Shown piece after piece: positions 60,579 through 64,000 of a stretch of 64,000 bases of DNA. Location of the stretch: positions 128,001 to 192,000 of the forward strand of contig CBDCXR010000004.1 in the NCBI GenBank assembly GCA_965223845.1, read 5' to 3'. The first letter of the stretch is position 1, and each line of letters begins with the position of its first letter. The DNA comes from Planctomycetota bacterium. Its GTDB lineage: Bacteria; Planctomycetota; UBA8108; SXIK01. A program made the translations under genes and the position numbers. Below the pieces are notes generated by a model. That model ran no database searches. It had not been told where the DNA came from and saw only the letters and a program-made list of their open reading frames with translations.

Positions 60579-61325
60579 GTGGTCAAGCACTCAGCTAAAC
60601 ACTCGACGAACACTCTGTCGAAGGGCGCCTCGTCGAAGGGGGGAACGCCCAAAGGTCGCATCCTCGTCGTCGAGGACGACGATGCGATCGCGCTCGGACT
60701 TCTCCGGAATCTCGAGTTCGAGGGCTACGAAGTCGAGCGGGCGGCGGACGGCGAATCCGGTCTCGAGCGCGCCGTCGACGCGCGCGCGGATCTCATCGTC
60801 CTCGACGTCATGCTTCCGCGTGTGAGCGGCTACGAGATCTGCGAAGCACTCCGCAGTCGCGGAATCGATACTCCCATCATCTTCCTAACCGCAAAGGTCG
60901 AGGAGCAGGACAAGATCCTCGGGCTCGATCTCGGCGGAGATGACTACATCACGAAGCCGTTCAGCATCCGTGAACTCATCGCACGCGTGCGAACCGTGCT
61001 CAAGCGAGTGAACGGCGACGGCGCGCCACCGGTCGAGTTCGGCGAAGCGAAAGTGGACTTCGAGTCGCAACAGCTTTGGGTGCGCGGCGACGAGGTGAAG
61101 CTGACGTCGAAGGAGTTCGAGCTGCTTCGGTTTCTCATCCGGTCGGAAGGGAAGGTCCTCTCGCGCGAGACGATCCTCAACAAGGTGTGGGGGTACGACT
61201 ACTACGGTACGGCGCGCACGATCGACAATTTCATCAATCGGCTGCGCCAGAAGATCGGCGACGATCCGGTGCGACCGCAGCACATCGTGACTCTGCGCGG
61301 GGTGGGCTACAAGTTCCGTCAGTAG
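60579..61325 (+). CDS. OmpR/PhoB-family response regulator
   Basis: ILVVEDD, LDVMLP, LTAK, DDYITKPF, LTSKEFELL, RTIDNFINRLRQKI, LRGVGYKF. Confidence 0.96.
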   Translation: MVKHSAKHSTNTLSKGASSKGGTPKGRILVVEDDDAIALGLLRNLEFEGYEVERAADGESGLERAVDARADLIVLDVMLPRVSGYEICEALRSRGIDTPIIFLTAKVEEQDKILGLDLGGDDYITKPFSIRELIARVRTVLKRVNGDGAPPVEFGEAKVDFESQQLWVRGDEVKLTSKEFELLRFLIRSEGKVLSRETILNKVWGYDYYGTARTIDNFINRLRQKIGDDPVRPQHIVTLRGVGYKFRQ

Positions 61326-61511
61326 GCTCGAGCCGCACCGGTTCTCGCGCCGGCGCTTGTTGTCGAGCGGAGACTTCTTGGTCGGGGACTCGCGGTCGAG
61401 CTCTGCGCCCCAGTCGTTCCCGAATCGCACGCCCAGACCGCCGCTAGAGGCGGTGGGTCGGCGAGCGTCCGCATTGGGAGGGATCGGCAGCCGGGCCGAA
61501 TTCCGCGGGAT

Positions 61512-61530
61512 GGTGACACTCCGGTGACAC
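61512..61530. promoter_or_regulatory. candidate OmpR/PhoB-type operator: GGTGACAC direct repeat with 11-bp period
   Basis: GGTGACAC at 61512 and 61523, between the response regulator and the next gene. Confidence 0.55.
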
Positions 61531-61747
61531 GCGCCCCGGAGACTCGTGGACAGAGTGACCTGCGGCGCTGTGTCGTCTCAGTCGTTTTCGGGTTCATTCT
61601 CTTCTCTTTTCTCTCTTATCGTTCGGCGCTTCGGGTCGCTCTTTTCTCTGCCTTCGAATCCCGCCGAACCGTCGTTCCGACGCGCACGCACGACTGGGCG
61701 CGCGACGCGGAACCCACCGAAGGCGGGTCCCACCGATCGGCTCACAC

Positions 61748-63187
61748 ATGACGGCCCACGTACTCACCGGACTGCTCTCGCTTCTGCTCCCGGACGAAAC
61801 TCCGAGCGTCGCGGCGGTCTGGTATCTCGAGTCGGTCGTCGGTGATCTTTCCCGAGCGGCTGCTCTCTACGAAGAAATGTACGTCGGCAGGCCGCCTTGG
61901 CGGGGAGTCGACGCTGAGTTCCGCGAGCGGGCGGCGCTCCGCGCCGGACTCTGTCTAGAGCGCACCGGGAAATCCGCCGCCGCGCTCGTGCCTTACGAGT
62001 GGTTGCGCCAGCGCGACTCCGGCGACCCCGGGGCAACGCTGTACTCGCTTCGCTCGCGCATCGCGGCGGACCGAGCGCGGCCGGGCGGTGATCCGGTCGT
62101 CGTGCTCGAGCGCTTCGAGCTCGACGATGAAGCGCAGAGTCTTCCGCTCGTCAGAGTCACGCTCTCCGATCGCATCACCGCGATGCGCGAGCTCGTTCAG
62201 CGCGCGTCCGCCGGACTGCGAGCTCTCGACGACTCACGCAATCTCGAGCGCGAAGAGTTCGAAGTCGCGTCCGCTCTGCGGCGCGATCTCTTGGCCGAAC
62301 AAATCGTCGTCGAAGTGAACCGGTCGCCGGAAGCGATCGCAGATCTGCATCCCGTGCGGAGGCGTCTCGATGCGATGGTTGCGACTCTGCCGGATTTTGA
62401 ATCGCTCGCGAGCGCCGTCGCGGAGGCTCTCACGACGCGCGGTCTCGATGCACTCGCCGCAGGCGATACCGATCGCGCGGTGCGATGTTTTCTCGGTGCC
62501 CGCAGCTTCGGAGTCGAAGCCGCGCTCGCGGTTCGATTCTCGACTCGACTCGCCGCGGGAGAGGACCCGAGCTCGCTCGCGGTCACGGCTCGCCGAGCCG
62601 GGGTCGACGCCCACCTGCGACAGGTCGGGATGCTCCGTCAGGAGATTCGTCCGCTGCTCGAGCGCGCGTGGCAGAACCAAGAGAGAGTGGTCCGTCCCGA
62701 CTACTCGCTCGGTCGGATCGCTCAGATCCGGACGCTCCTCGACTGGGCGCCGGAGCGCGTCCGGCGCGACCCGCTCGTGCACGAGCTCGAACGTCGAGCC
62801 GAAACGCTCTACGCGACGGTCGCGTTCGGGCTCGACGACGCGCCGCGGCTCGAATCCCACTGGGGAGTGCGTCGACTGCACGTCGAGCTCGGCATCAAGA
62901 TGCTCAGTGACTTCGCCGAAGCGACCGCAGGCGTGTGGGCCGCCGGTCGCGATCTGGTGGTTTCGACCGATGCCAAGCGCCGGATGCTCCGCGGACGCGT
63001 CGACGCGGCGATCGCGCGAGCGAGAACGCCGGCCGGGAGCACGCGGCGAGCGGTCACCGATGCCGCTCTGGCCCGTGCGGCGGTCATCCTCGACTGGTTT
63101 CCTGCACTCGACGCCGATGGTGCACTGGCGCAGGCGATCTCGTCGCTGCGCCGCGCACGTTCCCCGGATCTACCCGAGGAGCCGTAA
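61748..63187 (+). CDS. exported TPR-containing hypothetical protein
   Basis: AAVWYLESVVGDLSRAAALYE…AALRAGLCLERTG (TPR-like), all-helical remainder. Confidence 0.75.
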   Translation: MTAHVLTGLLSLLLPDETPSVAAVWYLESVVGDLSRAAALYEEMYVGRPPWRGVDAEFRERAALRAGLCLERTGKSAAALVPYEWLRQRDSGDPGATLYSLRSRIAADRARPGGDPVVVLERFELDDEAQSLPLVRVTLSDRITAMRELVQRASAGLRALDDSRNLEREEFEVASALRRDLLAEQIVVEVNRSPEAIADLHPVRRRLDAMVATLPDFESLASAVAEALTTRGLDALAAGDTDRAVRCFLGARSFGVEAALAVRFSTRLAAGEDPSSLAVTARRAGVDAHLRQVGMLRQEIRPLLERAWQNQERVVRPDYSLGRIAQIRTLLDWAPERVRRDPLVHELERRAETLYATVAFGLDDAPRLESHWGVRRLHVELGIKMLSDFAEATAGVWAAGRDLVVSTDAKRRMLRGRVDAAIARARTPAGSTRRAVTDAALARAAVILDWFPALDADGALAQAISSLRRARSPDLPEEP

Positions 63188-63275
63188 CTCACGACAAGAC
63201 TGAATATCGACGATTGCGAAGAGTACTTCGGACGCTTCTGAGCGCCGCGCCACCCTGGTGCCGGAGGTCGTCCTC

Positions 63276-63328
63276 GGGGGTAAAAGGAAGCGCCACCGGT
63301 AGAGCGTCCACCTTTTCCCCCTTTTTTT
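63276..63328 (+). terminator. rho-independent terminator candidate
   Basis: GGGGGTAAAAGG…CCTTTTCCCCC followed by TTTTTTT. Confidence 0.55.
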
Positions 63329-63652
63329 ATGTCCGTCACGGATCGCGGGGGCGGCGCTTTCCCTTCCTCGCCTCGACGAGCGCGAACGCTGACGGCGGCC
63401 GCAACTCGCACCGCTGCGCCGAAGACGGCGCGGCCCGAGAGCTCGACCGTTGTCGTTCGAATCGACGCGCGGCGAGCTCGTCGAGATCGAGTTCCGGTTG
63501 CGATAACGGACGGACGCCCCAAGCTAGGGGGTGACGTCGAGGAGCCTCGCTCGTCGGCGCGCGGAGCGCGGGAGGAGGCCGGAGAACGAGCTAGGCGAAG
63601 GAGTAGGAAAGACGGCCCGACCGAAACCGCTCCGCCAAGGAACCGCTCCACG

Positions 63653-63687
63653 AAAAACGGGACCTGCGACGCTCGTTGCAGGTCCCG
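63653..63687 (-). terminator. rho-independent terminator of tRNA-Met
   Basis: Minus strand CGGGACCTGCAAC-GAGC-GTCGCAGGTCCCG followed by TTTTT. Confidence 0.85.
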
Positions 63688-63695
63688 ATCGTACT

Positions 63696-63772
63696 TGGTA
63701 GCGGCGGGCAGACTTGAACTGCCGACCTGCGGGTTATGAATCCGCCGCTCTAGCCAGCTGAGCTACACCGCC
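63696..63772 (-). tRNA. tRNA-Met(CAT), elongator type
   Basis: GGCGGTGTAGCTCAGCTGGCTAGAGC…, anticodon loop TTCATAA, GGCAGTTCAAGTCTGCC, CCA encoded. No C1 mismatch or triple G-C pairs of an initiator tRNA. Confidence 0.93.
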
Positions 63773-64000
63773 ACGACTCGCTGAGGAGGTGGCCCGAATA
63801 TACCACGATGGCGACGATTTCCAAGCGCGAGAGAACGTCGTGGCTTCGCCGCTCGACGGTGCGCGAGGCAAGGACGCGACTCGCAAAGATTCCGGGCGTT
63901 CTTCTCGATGTCTTCGCTCCACCGTTCTGCCGAGGGTGCGGGGTGCCGACCGCCTCGGCTCGCGCCGCATACTGCGCCGGCTGTCGCGCCGACGTCGAGT

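Noticed and set aside
61524-61751. 75-aa hydrophobic ORF overlapping the start of the TPR gene
   Set aside because: The hydrophobicity comes from a T/C-rich promoter-like tract, there is no RBS, and its start lies within the putative operator.

Overview
A GC-rich bacterial chromosomal segment, most likely from a Planctomycetota-type genome. This is an inference from Cys-flanked dockerin-like C-terminal domains, ECF sigma/Ser-Thr kinase pairs and many HEAT/TPR proteins. It holds about 40 credible CDSs. Metabolic and housekeeping genes are myo-inositol oxygenase, a PfkB kinase, glycerate kinase, BtpA, two aminopeptidases, NadC and UvrB. Other genes are a CotH protein, a transglutaminase, a DUF5060 glycan enzyme, an ECF/anti-sigma pair, a tandem dynamin-like GTPase pair, an ABC module, an ECF/STK pair and a two-component system. 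There are four tRNAs (Cys-GCA, Leu-TAA, Arg-TCT, Met-CAT). A decayed integrative island of about 6.5 kb follows tRNA-Arg. It carries arm-type repeats, an excisionase-like HTH, RHH/XRE/TIR remnants and two paralogous 2TM-zinc-ribbon genes, but no integrase. The most unusual signals are: (i) a three-gene unit of an apparently catalytically degenerate UDP-GlcNAc-pyrophosphorylase-like protein, a HEAT/TPR protein and a DUF4388-TPR protein whose disordered tail carries five MALGGAAGRLAALR motifs; (ii) the dynamin-like pair joined by a doubly coupled 30-codon ORF; (iii) an inverted-repeat-bounded element containing a (CA)9C(TC)18 microsatellite; (iv) a deletion fusing an ECF sigma 5' end to a malectin-domain 3' end; (v) a highly structured intergenic region at 52.6-52.8 kb. 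All family calls come from motif recognition by eye, and no searches were run.
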